A stretch of 64,000 bases of DNA from Candidatus Latescibacterota bacterium (GTDB lineage: Bacteria; Latescibacterota; UBA2968): assembly GCA_965116885.1 (NCBI GenBank), contig OZ220741.1, forward strand, positions 4,416,001 through 4,480,000. Reading direction: 5' to 3'. Under the pieces are notes generated by a model. The model was not told the origin of the DNA. It saw nothing but the letters and a program-made list of their open reading frames with translations, and did no database searches. Of this stretch, positions 16,435-26,819 are shown piece after piece; position 1 is the first letter of the stretch, and each line of letters starts with the position of its first letter. The position numbers and the translations under genes were made by a program.

Positions 16435-17834
16435 TCAATTTCCCCTCCCAATCTGTGCTCTGGTCGCCACGGCTTTTACAGCTTCTATGCCCAGGCGGTC
16501 TTCGAGTTGTTTCAAGTACAAACTGCGCGGAGAGACTTTCCGCCCGTGTGATTCCCAATATCCATCTTCACGCCTGTACCAGCCGTCTCGTTTTTCGCCG
16601 ATGCAACCAATGGCGTAATTTTGCGATGTTGGGGGTTTTTGCACGATAAAGCTCTCTGCCTCGCAATTCCACAATACTTTTTGTGCACCTGCCCAACCGT
16701 GGCCAGTGCCCGAACCTTGCCGATCCTGAACATTAATGGCATTGCCGTTTACGATTACGTTGTCAAACAGGGTGCAAACAGACCACCGGTGATGGGGGCC
16801 TGAATCATTATGCGCGATATCCGCCGTGCAATCCAAAAACACATTTGGCCCCGGTACGCGTGCGTGTAGCACATAATCGTGACGCCCTCGCCGGGTATAA
16901 CACCGTTGCACGAGGGACAATTGTCCGTGGATGGGAAATGAATATCGCCGTCCCCCGGTGATCTGTGATACGGGGTCGAGACACTGGCTATCCTGCACGG
17001 TCATCCATTTTGCCAGGTTGCCAATGGTTACACATGCATAGCCAAAGTGAACCGAGGTGATATTGCGCGCCCACGCATTCTGCACGCGTGAAAATACGAC
17101 AAAGTTCCAGGCGTGATCTTCATCGATAAACTCATCCTCCCTACTTTCATCTTTTTCGCTGTCATCAAACTCCGATACGCCGCGCAAGTTCTCAATGCCG
17201 ACCTGTTCAATGCGCCCGAGATATTCGTATTTGAGAACCCACCCGCCGCCGTATTCGCGTTCAAATGCATTGCCCATGGGCGCGTCGATTGTTATCCGGT
17301 TGCCTTCTATGGCAGTTATGGTGCGATCAAAGCGAAAGTCATAAGTGCCCGGTTCCCACTGCCGAACGTCGGGATGTGACATCTCAATGCGATCCATCCC
17401 TATTGCCGAAATCCACTGTGCCGTACTGGGGCGATGCACGAGGATGTCATCGCCAACTGCAAAACCCGAAGCATCTGCGATGGCGAATGTTTTTGCGCCT
17501 ACGGGGACATAATCATCTACAATGGCCTGTCGCGTTCCCCCTACCTCTTGCCAGAATGATCTGCCTTCAAACTCGATCAATGTGCGCTGTTCTGTTCCCG
17601 TTGCAATCAATACCGTGCCGTTTTCACCTTCGCCTTCACCGCGCAGTACGACGCCACTTGCCCGAATGTACAGGGTCCCACCAATCCGATATTTTCCGCG
17701 GCATCTCTGGATAACTGTACATTGTTGGACCAACCGGAGAGATTATCGCAATAGGTCAGCGTTTGCACCGGATCGCTGGCAGAGCAAGGACAGGCCCACA
17801 GCAATAGAATTGTGCAGGTGATAAATGATCTCAT
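16435..17834 (-). pseudogene. Pectate-lyase-like beta-helix polysaccharide enzyme; signal peptide is out of frame with the catalytic part
   Basis: ORF 16435-17733 has GVVLRGEG, QNAWARNI, GRHDY, SGPHHRW, GHGWAGA motifs. The signal peptide MRSFITCTILLLWACPCSA from ATG 17834 is in a different frame, with a junction near 17700. Confidence 0.65.
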
Positions 17835-17942
17835 TGTGTGTTTTCCTGACCGCTGATCGCTTGTTTCTATATTTGCAAATATCTGTAATTTACTCGAAAA
17901 AATAGGGGTTTTCAAGGTCGTTTTGGCGTATAATGTAGGCGT

Positions 17943-18042
17943 TGTTGGAGATGTTTCTGACAAAACTATGGAGGTGTCCCTATTGAGATAGACAATTTTA
18001 GGATAGTGTCTCTTTTGAGACTGACAATTGCAAGATTATGTC
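17943..18042. repeat. Phased array of alternating TGTC/GACA half-sites every 16 bp (32-bp period)
   Basis: TGTT 17943, GACA 17959, TGTC 17975, GACA 17991, TGTC 18007, GACA 18023, TGTC 18039. Confidence 0.7.
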
Positions 18043-18061
18043 TATAACTACGTAACATGAC

Positions 18062-18100
18062 CAAATAAAATAGGGCAGACCTTGTGTGGCCTGCCCTATT
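18062..18100 (-). terminator. Rho-independent terminator of the ABC ATPase gene
   Basis: AATAGGGCAG..CTGCCCTATT stem with a T-rich tail on the minus strand. Confidence 0.7.
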
Positions 18101-18149
18101 GTTGGAATTATTTTGCGTTCAGGTGAATCCAGAAACGCCTTAATGCTGT

Positions 18150-18929
18150 TTACTCAGCCGTTGGATCAAAGCCTTCAATACGCCCTTCCTGAATCTCAAT
18201 CTCATCCCGCCGTCTCACCCGCTCAACCTGTCCATCGCGCAAATCGACCACGCGATCAGACACGCCGAGCATCTTGTGATCGTGGGTATTGGTCACAATG
18301 GTCACACCGCTTTCGCCCTGCATCTTGAGCAACAACTCAATAATTTCCTGCCCGGTCTTCAAATCGAGATTTCCAGTCGGCTCATCGGCCAGAATCAAAT
18401 CGGGATCATTGGCCATGGCTCTCGCAATAGCCACGCGCTGCTGCTGTCCGCCCGACAGTTCGTAGGGTTTGTGATGCAGGCGGTCGGAAAGCCCCACCAG
18501 CGACAATTTGTGTGCGGCTTTTTCTTCGTAATCACTGCGCGACATGCCCGAAAACACCATGGGCAAAGACACATTTTCAAGTGCCGACATAACGGGAATC
18601 AGGTTAAACGACTGGAAAATATACCCCACACTGTGGCAGCGCAAATAGGCAATTTGCCCCTGACTCATATCGCCCATATTGGCACCATTGACCAATACGG
18701 TACCCTTAGTGGGCGTATCCAGTGCCCCAACCATGTTAAACATCGTGGTTTTGCCCGAACCCGAAGGCCCCATAATTGACAAATACTCACCGCGAATCAC
18801 ATCGAGATATACCCCGCGCAGGGCATGCACTTCCTGATCGCCCATCCGATAGGTCTTCCAGACCCCCTGGACTTTGATAATATAATCTTCAGTATCAACC
18901 TGTTGTTCAGCAGCCGATTCCTGAGCCAT
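18150..18929 (-). CDS. ABC transporter ATP-binding protein (LolD/MacB family)
   Basis: GPSGSGKT, LSGGQQQRVAIARA, ILADEPTGNLD; ATG 18929 with RBS GAGGAG. Confidence 0.92.
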   Translation of the reverse strand: MAQESAAEQQVDTEDYIIKVQGVWKTYRMGDQEVHALRGVYLDVIRGEYLSIMGPSGSGKTTMFNMVGALDTPTKGTVLVNGANMGDMSQGQIAYLRCHSVGYIFQSFNLIPVMSALENVSLPMVFSGMSRSDYEEKAAHKLSLVGLSDRLHHKPYELSGGQQQRVAIARAMANDPDLILADEPTGNLDLKTGQEIIELLLKMQGESGVTIVTNTHDHKMLGVSDRVVDLRDGQVERVRRRDEIEIQEGRIEGFDPTAE

Positions 18930-19119
18930 TGTGTTCTCCTCTGAAACAATAAAGTTCACCATTGAACTCACGTATGGTAGCGAAAACCCATGGGCATGTC
19001 AAGCCATTTTCATCCCAATAAAATTCTACGTGATTCCACAGGCCTCTTCTACTATATTCTAAGCCGCGTTGTGCGACAGACCTATCGCATCACCAAAACC
19101 AATACGAAAGGATAGCATC

Positions 19120-19944
19120 ATGAAACTCGCAGTATGCAATGAATTTTTTGAAGATTGGAAAATTGAAGACGTCTTTAACTACGCAGCGGAAATTGGCTGT
19201 GACGGCGTTGAACTCGCGCCTTTTACACTGGCGGAAAGCGTCACACAAATCTCTGCCAAACAGCGCAGCGACATTCGCAAAGCCGCTGAAAAAGCCGGCG
19301 TCGAAATCGTTGGCTTGCACTGGCTACTCGCCAGTCCACCCGGGCTTTATCTCACGCATCCCGACAAAGCCATTCGCGACAAAACTGAGGACTATATCAA
19401 AGCATTGATCAATTTCTGTGGCGATCTGGGTGGGTCAATTATGATCCACGGTTCTCCGGCACAGCGCAACATCCAAAAAGGCTGGGACCGCGAAGAATGC
19501 TGGAAATACGCCGTCGATGTCTTTTCGAACTGCACCGCAGAAATGCAACAAAACAACGTCACCTATTGCATCGAAGCACTCACGGGCAAAGAGACCAATA
19601 TTTTGAACGCCATCTCTGAAGCCCTAAAAATGGTCGCCGATGTCGGCCACCCAAATTTCCAGACCATGGTCGATACCAAAGCCGCAGCCGCTGAAAACAA
19701 ATCCCATGTAGATGTAATCGCCGAAGCCGGCAAAGCCATGCGCCATGTCCATGTCAACGACCCCAATTTGCGCGGTCCGGGATTTGGCGATCTGCAATTT
19801 GCATCCATCCTCCGCGCCCTCAAAGACCGCCACTACGATGGTTATATATCCGTAGAAGTCTTTGACTTCAAACCCGACCCGAAAACCATTGCCGCACGCA
19901 GCATCGGCTATCTCAAGGGTATCTTGGAAGGATTAGAAAATTAG
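19120..19944 (+). CDS. Sugar phosphate isomerase/epimerase (tagatose 3-epimerase-like TIM barrel)
   Basis: GVELAPFT, CIEAL, HVHVND, GPGFG, ISVEVF. Confidence 0.85.
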   Translation: MKLAVCNEFFEDWKIEDVFNYAAEIGCDGVELAPFTLAESVTQISAKQRSDIRKAAEKAGVEIVGLHWLLASPPGLYLTHPDKAIRDKTEDYIKALINFCGDLGGSIMIHGSPAQRNIQKGWDREECWKYAVDVFSNCTAEMQQNNVTYCIEALTGKETNILNAISEALKMVADVGHPNFQTMVDTKAAAAENKSHVDVIAEAGKAMRHVHVNDPNLRGPGFGDLQFASILRALKDRHYDGYISVEVFDFKPDPKTIAARSIGYLKGILEGLEN

Positions 19945-19953
19945 AGGTAATGA

Positions 19954-19981
19954 CGGGCGGGCACGGGGGCACCGCCCCTAC
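19954..19981 (-). repeat. REP-like GTAG palindrome between convergent genes
   Basis: Minus strand reads GTAGGGGCGGTGCCCCCGTGCCCGCCCG. Confidence 0.6.
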
Positions 19982-20916
19982 ACACATCTCACTACCCACT
20001 TCTCATCCAATCCCGGCAAGTACTTTGGCGGGCTGTGATACATGTAACCCTGCATAAATCGCACCGATGTCTCCAGAGACAGCGACCGCCGCAACGCGAG
20101 TGCCTCCTGTAATTTGTCGTAGTCTGGCCCATCGCCGCCGAGGTCTGCCGATTGCCGCGTCGCCTGCCAGTGTTCATAGCTCGCGTATCGCGTCATCATC
20201 AAGATCTCGTCAAAATCGGGGCTCTCTTTGCGATCACATGCAGGGGGCGGTGGATAAATGACGCGCCATTGCCCAATAATGCGCGCGCCAATTTTTTCAA
20301 AATAGGGCCACACGCCCGCCAGGCTCGCCCGATAAAATTCGTCGTAACAACCCTTCTTCACCTTCCAATAACGCAGCGTCACAATCTCTTGCCCGAGTTG
20401 CGCTATATCATTGCGCACAGGCCTGACATCAGTTTCTCCCGATTTCCCATCCATCAACTGATATGATTCCTCAACACCGGGCATATAATAGGGCTTATCG
20501 GGCGCCATGTGCCCTTGTAAAAAAAAGGGACCATCAGAACCGATCAACACCTCGTTGCGATCTCTCAGCGCCTTTGTATTTGCCTCGCTATCGGGACCAT
20601 CGCCGCCCAACCCGATATTTGCAGGCGGTCGCGTGTGCTGCCAGTGCTTGAAACTCGCATATCGCGCCAGGCGATACCCCTCGTCGTAATCTCCCGGCTC
20701 GCCCACCCCATCGGGATAAACGATCTGCCATTGCCCGACCATACGCACACCGATCTTTTCAAACCACGGCCATACGCCTGCCCGGCTAATTTCGTAAAAC
20801 GTCTGATGCTCACCCTTTTTGAGCTTTTGATGGCGCAGAACCAATACCTCCTCACCCGGCTGCGCGACCTGATTCCTCACGGGACGGGGTATCTGTTGTT
20901 TGGCTTTATCAATCAT
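19978..20916 (-). CDS. Tandem NIPSNAP-like domain protein
   Basis: Two internal repeats LRxxKxKKG..AGVWPxFEKIGxRxxGQW..RYASxxHWQxTR. Confidence 0.6.
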   Translation of the reverse strand: MIDKAKQQIPRPVRNQVAQPGEEVLVLRHQKLKKGEHQTFYEISRAGVWPWFEKIGVRMVGQWQIVYPDGVGEPGDYDEGYRLARYASFKHWQHTRPPANIGLGGDGPDSEANTKALRDRNEVLIGSDGPFFLQGHMAPDKPYYMPGVEESYQLMDGKSGETDVRPVRNDIAQLGQEIVTLRYWKVKKGCYDEFYRASLAGVWPYFEKIGARIIGQWRVIYPPPPACDRKESPDFDEILMMTRYASYEHWQATRQSADLGGDGPDYDKLQEALALRRSLSLETSVRFMQGYMYHSPPKYLPGLDEKWVVRCV

Positions 20917-21754
20917 CAGAACCTCCGCGTTCCGGCAACCGCTCTGCCACAAATCCCAATTCTTCTTTAATCCGACTCACATCGTAAACACTATCGTATT
21001 CATGCCCGGGCTGTTCAAAATGCGACAGATCCACCTCATCGCCCCACCATGCGCGAAAAATATCCGCCACGGGTACGGCAACCCACGCTGTGGGACCAGC
21101 GGCATTCATAATGCGAACCCCGGGTTTGTGCGGTGACAGTGCAGACAGCGTGAAGACCCGAACTGCATCTGGCAAATCCATAATGGTCATGCTGCCCAGC
21201 CCCCACTGTCGCGTCGGAGAAATATTTCGCAAAGGCGGCAATCCGGCGTGCGGCACCGAAGACAGCCGCAAATTGATCACATCGATATCGCCATTTTGCC
21301 GCGCATAGAATTTTGTAATCTCCTCCATCAAAAATTTCGACAAACCATACCCATTGCTGTCCAGACATGGGTGTTCATCGGGAATCGGCAATGTCTGGGG
21401 ACGAAAAGCCGGATTCTGCATCCCAACCGCTGCGATCGAACTCGCCATCACAAATTTGCGGCATCCGCGATCCATCAAATAGCGCATCAAACACCGCGTG
21501 CCCTCCACATTGACAATCAGCGCATCGCGCTCCGAACAACCGCCAGTCACAGCCGCGAGGTGAATCACCACATCAATCGCCTCATCATTGAGCTGTTGCA
21601 AATCTTCAAAAGAGCCAAACTCGCCGTTCACATAGGGCAAATCCAATTCTGGATCTTTTCGGCTCATACAAATCACCCTGTGATCTTCCGCCATCAAGGC
21701 CGACAGTGCTCGACCAATAAAACCACTCGCCCCGGTAATCAGTATTGTACTCAC
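20909..21754 (-). CDS. NAD-dependent epimerase/dehydratase (extended SDR)
   Basis: ITGASGFIG, HLAA, ASS, YGLSK. Confidence 0.9.
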   Translation of the reverse strand: MSTILITGASGFIGRALSALMAEDHRVICMSRKDPELDLPYVNGEFGSFEDLQQLNDEAIDVVIHLAAVTGGCSERDALIVNVEGTRCLMRYLMDRGCRKFVMASSIAAVGMQNPAFRPQTLPIPDEHPCLDSNGYGLSKFLMEEITKFYARQNGDIDVINLRLSSVPHAGLPPLRNISPTRQWGLGSMTIMDLPDAVRVFTLSALSPHKPGVRIMNAAGPTAWVAVPVADIFRAWWGDEVDLSHFEQPGHEYDSVYDVSRIKEELGFVAERLPERGGSDD

Positions 21755-21769
21755 AATCCCTCCTCAGTT

Positions 21770-23002
21770 TTAATTGCTAAAAACATCACTCGCCCCACTC
21801 AAAACATCTGCGATAACCTCCCCCTCTTTCATCACCATCTCCACCTGTCGCAAGCATTCGATATCCTCAAGCGGATTGCCCGACAGTGCTATCACATCTG
21901 CGAACATCCCAACACCGAGATATCCCACACAATCCGCCATGCCCAACATCTCAGCCGTATTCGTCGTTACCGCTTTCAACGCATCCACCTCCGACACACC
22001 CAGCCCAACGAGTTCTTTTGCCTCGCGCCAGAGCGTTGCATGCGTGCTATCGGTACCCAAACACACTTTCACACCCGCACGCACGGCTTCGGGAATATAT
22101 TTTGCCGTCAATTCGCGCGCGCGTTCAACCCGCTCGCGCCACCAATCCCATGACCACGTATCAAAAGACGCAAAACCCACTTCATCGTCGAAAAACAGTT
22201 GTAAATTTGGATCGCTCAAATACGCGCCCGATTTCACAAACAAAGCCACATCCTCTTCGGTCAACAAATTGGCGTGTTCAATACTATCGATCCCCGCTTC
22301 CATTGCCCAGCGCATTGCTGGCCCACCAATCGCGTGTGCGGCCACGGGCAGTCCCTGATCGTGTGAAACAGCAATCGCCGCATCAATTTCCCGCCTCGAA
22401 TACGCCGCCACATCTGTCAAATCACCTCGAATATAGTCCTCATACGCATCGCCCTGCCGCACATTGGTAATAAACAACTTGGTCCAATCCGCACCCTGAG
22501 AAAAATTCTCTCTGATCTTCAGCGTCAGCTCTTCTTCCCCATCTGCTGGAAAACACAAAAAAGGCGCAGTCCCATGACTCGGTCTCAATGCCCGCACACA
22601 CACCTTCAACCTCGGCCCCACGGCTTCGCCGCGATCAATCGCCCCTTGAAAAGCCTTCTCAACACCCGGACGATCTCCCAGAGTGCGCATAGTCGTAACG
22701 CCTGTACTAAGATCGCTTCGCAAATTCATCGCACCGCGCAACACAGCCGTTGTCGCATCCAGATCGAAATGCGCGCTCAAAGGCGTGTTGAACCGATTGT
22801 TAATCGTAATATGTACATGAGAATCAATCAACGCCGGCATCACAGTATATGACGAGCAATCCACCACCTCGGCGTCTGGAGGCACATCCACTTCAGTTCC
22901 GACATCGACCACGCGCCCTTTGTCCACCACGACCATCCCCCGCGGAACAGGTACACAATCGGGATGAACAATCAACAATTTGGATTTAATCACTTTTGAC
23001 AT
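21770..23002 (-). CDS. Amidohydrolase family protein (Xaa-Pro dipeptidase-like)
   Basis: MPALIDSHVH, GVTTMR, VAAHA, SIEH, LGTD. Confidence 0.88.
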   Translation of the reverse strand: MSKVIKSKLLIVHPDCVPVPRGMVVVDKGRVVDVGTEVDVPPDAEVVDCSSYTVMPALIDSHVHITINNRFNTPLSAHFDLDATTAVLRGAMNLRSDLSTGVTTMRTLGDRPGVEKAFQGAIDRGEAVGPRLKVCVRALRPSHGTAPFLCFPADGEEELTLKIRENFSQGADWTKLFITNVRQGDAYEDYIRGDLTDVAAYSRREIDAAIAVSHDQGLPVAAHAIGGPAMRWAMEAGIDSIEHANLLTEEDVALFVKSGAYLSDPNLQLFFDDEVGFASFDTWSWDWWRERVERARELTAKYIPEAVRAGVKVCLGTDSTHATLWREAKELVGLGVSEVDALKAVTTNTAEMLGMADCVGYLGVGMFADVIALSGNPLEDIECLRQVEMVMKEGEVIADVLSGASDVFSN

Positions 23003-23071
23003 ACTTATTTTGTTTGTATAATGTAGGTGGAACAACAAAACACCGTCATATTGACCACCGGAGATCTATTC

Positions 23072-24325
23072 ATGCAATTTGGCATCTTTTACGAACACCA
23101 GATACCCCGCCCCTGGGCAGAAGGCGAAGAACACCAGCTATTCAAAGACGCGCTCGAACAAGTCGAAGTCGCCGACCGGATCGGCATTGAATATGTTTGG
23201 GAAGTTGAACATCACTTTTTGGAAGAATATTCCCACTCCTCAGCACCGGAAGTCTTTCTCGCCGCCTGTAGCCAACGCTCGAAAAATATCCGCCTGGGAC
23301 ACGGCATTGTACTCATGCCCCCCAATTACAACCATCCGGCTCGCGTTGCCGAACGCATCGCAACCCTCGATCTGATCAGCGACGGACGCGTCGAATGGGG
23401 CACGGGAGAATCGGCCTCCCGCGCAGAACTCGAAGGATTCAACGTGCCGCCCGGAGAGAAAAAAGCCATGTGGGCGGAAACCGTACGAGAAACCGCCAAA
23501 ATGCTCGCATCGGACCCGTATCCCGGATATGACGGCGAATTTTTCTCCATGCCCGAACGCAACGTCTTGCCCAAACCCCTGCAAAAACCCCATCCACCGC
23601 TATGGGTCGCCTGTTCCAACCGCGAAAGCATTCGCTGGGCGGGAAAACACGGCATTGGCGCACTCACCTTTGCCTTTATCGAACCCGAAGACGCCAAATA
23701 CTGGGTTGACGAATACTACACCGCATTTGAAAACGAATGCGAACCCCTCGGACAAGCCGTCAACCCCACCATCGCCATGGTCGCCGGATTCATGTGTCAT
23801 GAAAACGGAGAAACAGCGAGGGCACAAGGTCTCGAAGGATTTCAATTTTTCGGCTATGCACTTTCCCATTACTACCGCCACGGAACTCACATCCCCGGCG
23901 AATTTGACATCTGGGCAGACTTCCAGCAAAACAAACCAGAACGAAAAAAAGGTTCGGGATCGGGCTGCATTGGCTCCCCGGATGAAATACGCGCTCACCT
24001 CGAATCAATGGAAGAAATCGGCGTCGATCAGGTCGTCTTCCTGCAGCAAGCCGGCAACAACAGACACGATCATATATGCGAATCACTCGAACATTTCGCA
24101 CAAAATGTATTGCCAGACTTCAAAGCGCGACACGAAATATACGCCGCACAAAAAGCAGAACGGCTCGGTCCAGCCATCGAAAAAGCACTTACTAAAATTC
24201 CACCAATAGACAAACCCAAATCCACCCCCTTCGAAGCCTATCCACTCTTAAAATCACCCGAAGAAAAGCAGGAAGACCTCGAAATTGTGGAATCTGTTGC
24301 GGGAAAGCGGGATGATTCGCCTTAG
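23072..24325 (+). CDS. LLM-class flavin-dependent oxidoreductase
   Basis: WEVEHHF, HPARVAERIATLDLISDGRVEWGTG, PKPLQKPHPPLW. Confidence 0.92.
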   Translation: MQFGIFYEHQIPRPWAEGEEHQLFKDALEQVEVADRIGIEYVWEVEHHFLEEYSHSSAPEVFLAACSQRSKNIRLGHGIVLMPPNYNHPARVAERIATLDLISDGRVEWGTGESASRAELEGFNVPPGEKKAMWAETVRETAKMLASDPYPGYDGEFFSMPERNVLPKPLQKPHPPLWVACSNRESIRWAGKHGIGALTFAFIEPEDAKYWVDEYYTAFENECEPLGQAVNPTIAMVAGFMCHENGETARAQGLEGFQFFGYALSHYYRHGTHIPGEFDIWADFQQNKPERKKGSGSGCIGSPDEIRAHLESMEEIGVDQVVFLQQAGNNRHDHICESLEHFAQNVLPDFKARHEIYAAQKAERLGPAIEKALTKIPPIDKPKSTPFEAYPLLKSPEEKQEDLEIVESVAGKRDDSP

Positions 24326-24343
24326 CCATAGATCGCTGATTTT

Positions 24344-24371
24344 ATCTGCGTTCATCTGCGTTCATCTGCGG
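24344..24371. repeat. 10-bp tandem repeat (ATCTGCGTTC)n at a convergent gene end
   Basis: ATCTGCGTTC ATCTGCGTTC ATCTGCGG. Confidence 0.7.
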
Positions 24372-25591
24372 ATGCGTCCAATAGCCTCGCGCACCGCTTC
24401 TATTGTATCTTCAATATCCGCTTCCGTATGTGCCAGAGAGAGAAACATCGGATGCGAGGGATGTAAGTAATACCCCCGTGCAAGACATCCCCGCAACATC
24501 TCCATGCAGCGATCGCGGTCAGAATCTTCCATCACGGGACGCGGCATTGGCCCGACACCAATGAGATGATAACTCAGCCCTCCTGCTTTGCAAACAGCGT
24601 TGACACCTTCGATCAACCGATTTCCAATCTTCCATTGATAAGCAATGCCACTGCGCCTCTGCAGTTCCCCTATCACGACCTCCATAGCCGCCAAACTGAG
24701 CGGATCCCCGTGCGCGGTAGCCGTCATCCACGCCGACTGGCACGCTTTTGACCCCAGAATCTCGCGTTTCCCTGCAATAAAACTTCCCGCATACCCATTG
24801 CAACACGCTTTGCCAAACGTCGCAATATCGGGTACAACCCCATAATATTCACCCGCGCCGCCCATTGCCACGCGAAACCCCACCTTTGTCTCGTCAAACA
24901 CGCAGATTGCGCCGTGTGCATGCGCCAGATCCACACAGCCTTGTAAAAACCCATCCGGCGGTCCGCTTCCTTGAATCGTCTCCATAACCACACACGCCAC
25001 CTGATTGTCATACTTCTTCAAATGCGATTCCAAAGCGTCTAAATCGCCGTAGGGAACCGCACAGGTCAACGCGCTGACGGCCTGTGGAACGCCCTCATCG
25101 CCGGGACGCGCCCAATCGTGCCAGCCGTGATACCCGCACATAATCACTCTATCGCGCCCCGTATATACCCGCGACAGGCGCATCGCACTGGAAGTCGCTG
25201 CACTGCCCCCAATAAAAAAACCCACCATCTCCGCACACGGAATCACCTCGATGAGTAATTCTGCAACCGTCAACTCTCGGGGATGAGCCAGACCGTACAC
25301 CGTGCCATTCGCCATCTGATCCTGTACTGCACGGCATACAGCGGGGTCATCATACCCCAGAACAATTGGTCCAAAACCCATTAAATAATCCAGATACGCA
25401 TTGCCATCCACATCCCAAAACCGCGCCCCCGATGCGCGCTGGACAAATGCGGGATAGCCTCTATCCGCCATACCAAAAATATTCTTATGCGGAATGTACC
25501 CGCGAAACAGAACATCGTCATAGCGATTCAGCAGAGCCTTTGACTTTGCAATGGAGTAATTCTCTTTTGACATTTCGCCCCCTGTATTCAT
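24362..25591 (-). CDS. Class III PLP-dependent aminotransferase (GSA-aminomutase-like)
   Basis: WDVDGNAYLDY, YHGWHDW, FDETKVGFR, PDIATFGK. Confidence 0.88.
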   Translation of the reverse strand: MNTGGEMSKENYSIAKSKALLNRYDDVLFRGYIPHKNIFGMADRGYPAFVQRASGARFWDVDGNAYLDYLMGFGPIVLGYDDPAVCRAVQDQMANGTVYGLAHPRELTVAELLIEVIPCAEMVGFFIGGSAATSSAMRLSRVYTGRDRVIMCGYHGWHDWARPGDEGVPQAVSALTCAVPYGDLDALESHLKKYDNQVACVVMETIQGSGPPDGFLQGCVDLAHAHGAICVFDETKVGFRVAMGGAGEYYGVVPDIATFGKACCNGYAGSFIAGKREILGSKACQSAWMTATAHGDPLSLAAMEVVIGELQRRSGIAYQWKIGNRLIEGVNAVCKAGGLSYHLIGVGPMPRPVMEDSDRDRCMEMLRGCLARGYYLHPSHPMFLSLAHTEADIEDTIEAVREAIGRIRR

Positions 25592-25784
25592 AAATTGAAC
25601 CTCTTTTTTCAACAAATAAACTTCTCGCATAAACACAAGCACAAAATAGACTGCTTGCGCGTTTCTATTTACTTGCTACCCGTCTTTTCTTATCCTATTT
25701 TTTATAATATAAAACTACAGGAGCCTACCTGCCTCCTTTCTCTCGCCTCTTACGTCTCACCTCTTGCCTCTCACTGGATAATTT

Positions 25785-26819
25785 ATGCCACGCGAACTCA
25801 TAGCAGACCGACCGGGGAATACGACATTGCGGGAATACGACGAAGAACCCTTAAAACCCGATCAAGTACGCGCAAAAACCCTGTTTTCAGCAGTAAAACA
25901 CGGCACGGAGTTCCGGGGTTTTCAGGCCAATACACTCGATGCGTCCGATGTTTTTAGCTGGGAATGGCGCATGCACCTGCGCGGGCAAAAACAGAAAGAT
26001 GCGTTTCCAAAACGGCTGGGCAATATGTATGTCGCCGAAGTGACAGATGTGGGACGAGACGTGTCAAATATTCGGGTGGGAGATCGAATATTTGGCCATG
26101 GTCCCGTTCGAGAAACGCATACACTTTCGGCGGACCGCGTAGAAAAAGCCCCGGATGGCGTATCGTGGCAGGCTCTAATGGCTACAGACCCCGCAGGCGT
26201 TGCCCTCGGCGGCGTCAGAGATGCCAATATCCGCATTGGGGATCGCGTCGCAGTCTTTGGTTTAGGGGCGATTGGATTGATGACCGTACAACTCGCCCGC
26301 ATCGCAGGCGCGCGCTGGGTTGCGGCAATTGACCCCATTGAAAAGCGATGCCTGATTTCCGAAGCCTACGGTGCAGACCTCGTCCTGGACCCGCGCGAAG
26401 CCGATGTGGGCCTGGTCATTAAGCAAGCCACCGCAAAACTCGGCGTCGATGTATCCATGGAAACCAGTGGATCGTCCGCCGCTATGACCGACGCACTGCG
26501 TTCAACGCGCTATCAGGGCACCGTTGTATCCACAGCATATTACAACACCCCCATGCAAAACCTGCACTTGACCGGCGAATGGCATCGCAATCGAATTCGC
26601 ATTATATCCGTGAGATCCGACAGCGAACCCTGGCTGGATTACGGATGGGACAAAAAGCGCGGCAATAAAGAAGCCTACGACCTGCTCGTTGAAGGCCGTC
26701 TAAACGCCGAGGGCTTAATCGATCCCATCGTGCCATTTAATCGCGTTGCCGAAGCCTATATGCAAATGAACGAACATCCGGAAACGGGCATTAAACTCGG
26801 TGTTGATCATTCCCTCTAA
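25785..26819 (+). CDS. MDR-family (zinc-binding-type) dehydrogenase
   Basis: SAVKHGTE, VAVFGLGAIG, DVSMETSG. Confidence 0.85.
   Translation: MPRELIADRPGNTTLREYDEEPLKPDQVRAKTLFSAVKHGTEFRGFQANTLDASDVFSWEWRMHLRGQKQKDAFPKRLGNMYVAEVTDVGRDVSNIRVGDRIFGHGPVRETHTLSADRVEKAPDGVSWQALMATDPAGVALGGVRDANIRIGDRVAVFGLGAIGLMTVQLARIAGARWVAAIDPIEKRCLISEAYGADLVLDPREADVGLVIKQATAKLGVDVSMETSGSSAAMTDALRSTRYQGTVVSTAYYNTPMQNLHLTGEWHRNRIRIISVRSDSEPWLDYGWDKKRGNKEAYDLLVEGRLNAEGLIDPIVPFNRVAEAYMQMNEHPETGIKLGVDHSL

Noticed and set aside
17923..17950. dif site (TTGGCGTATAATGTAGG...)
   Set aside because: XerC-like arm only; the XerD arm TTATGTTAAAT is absent.
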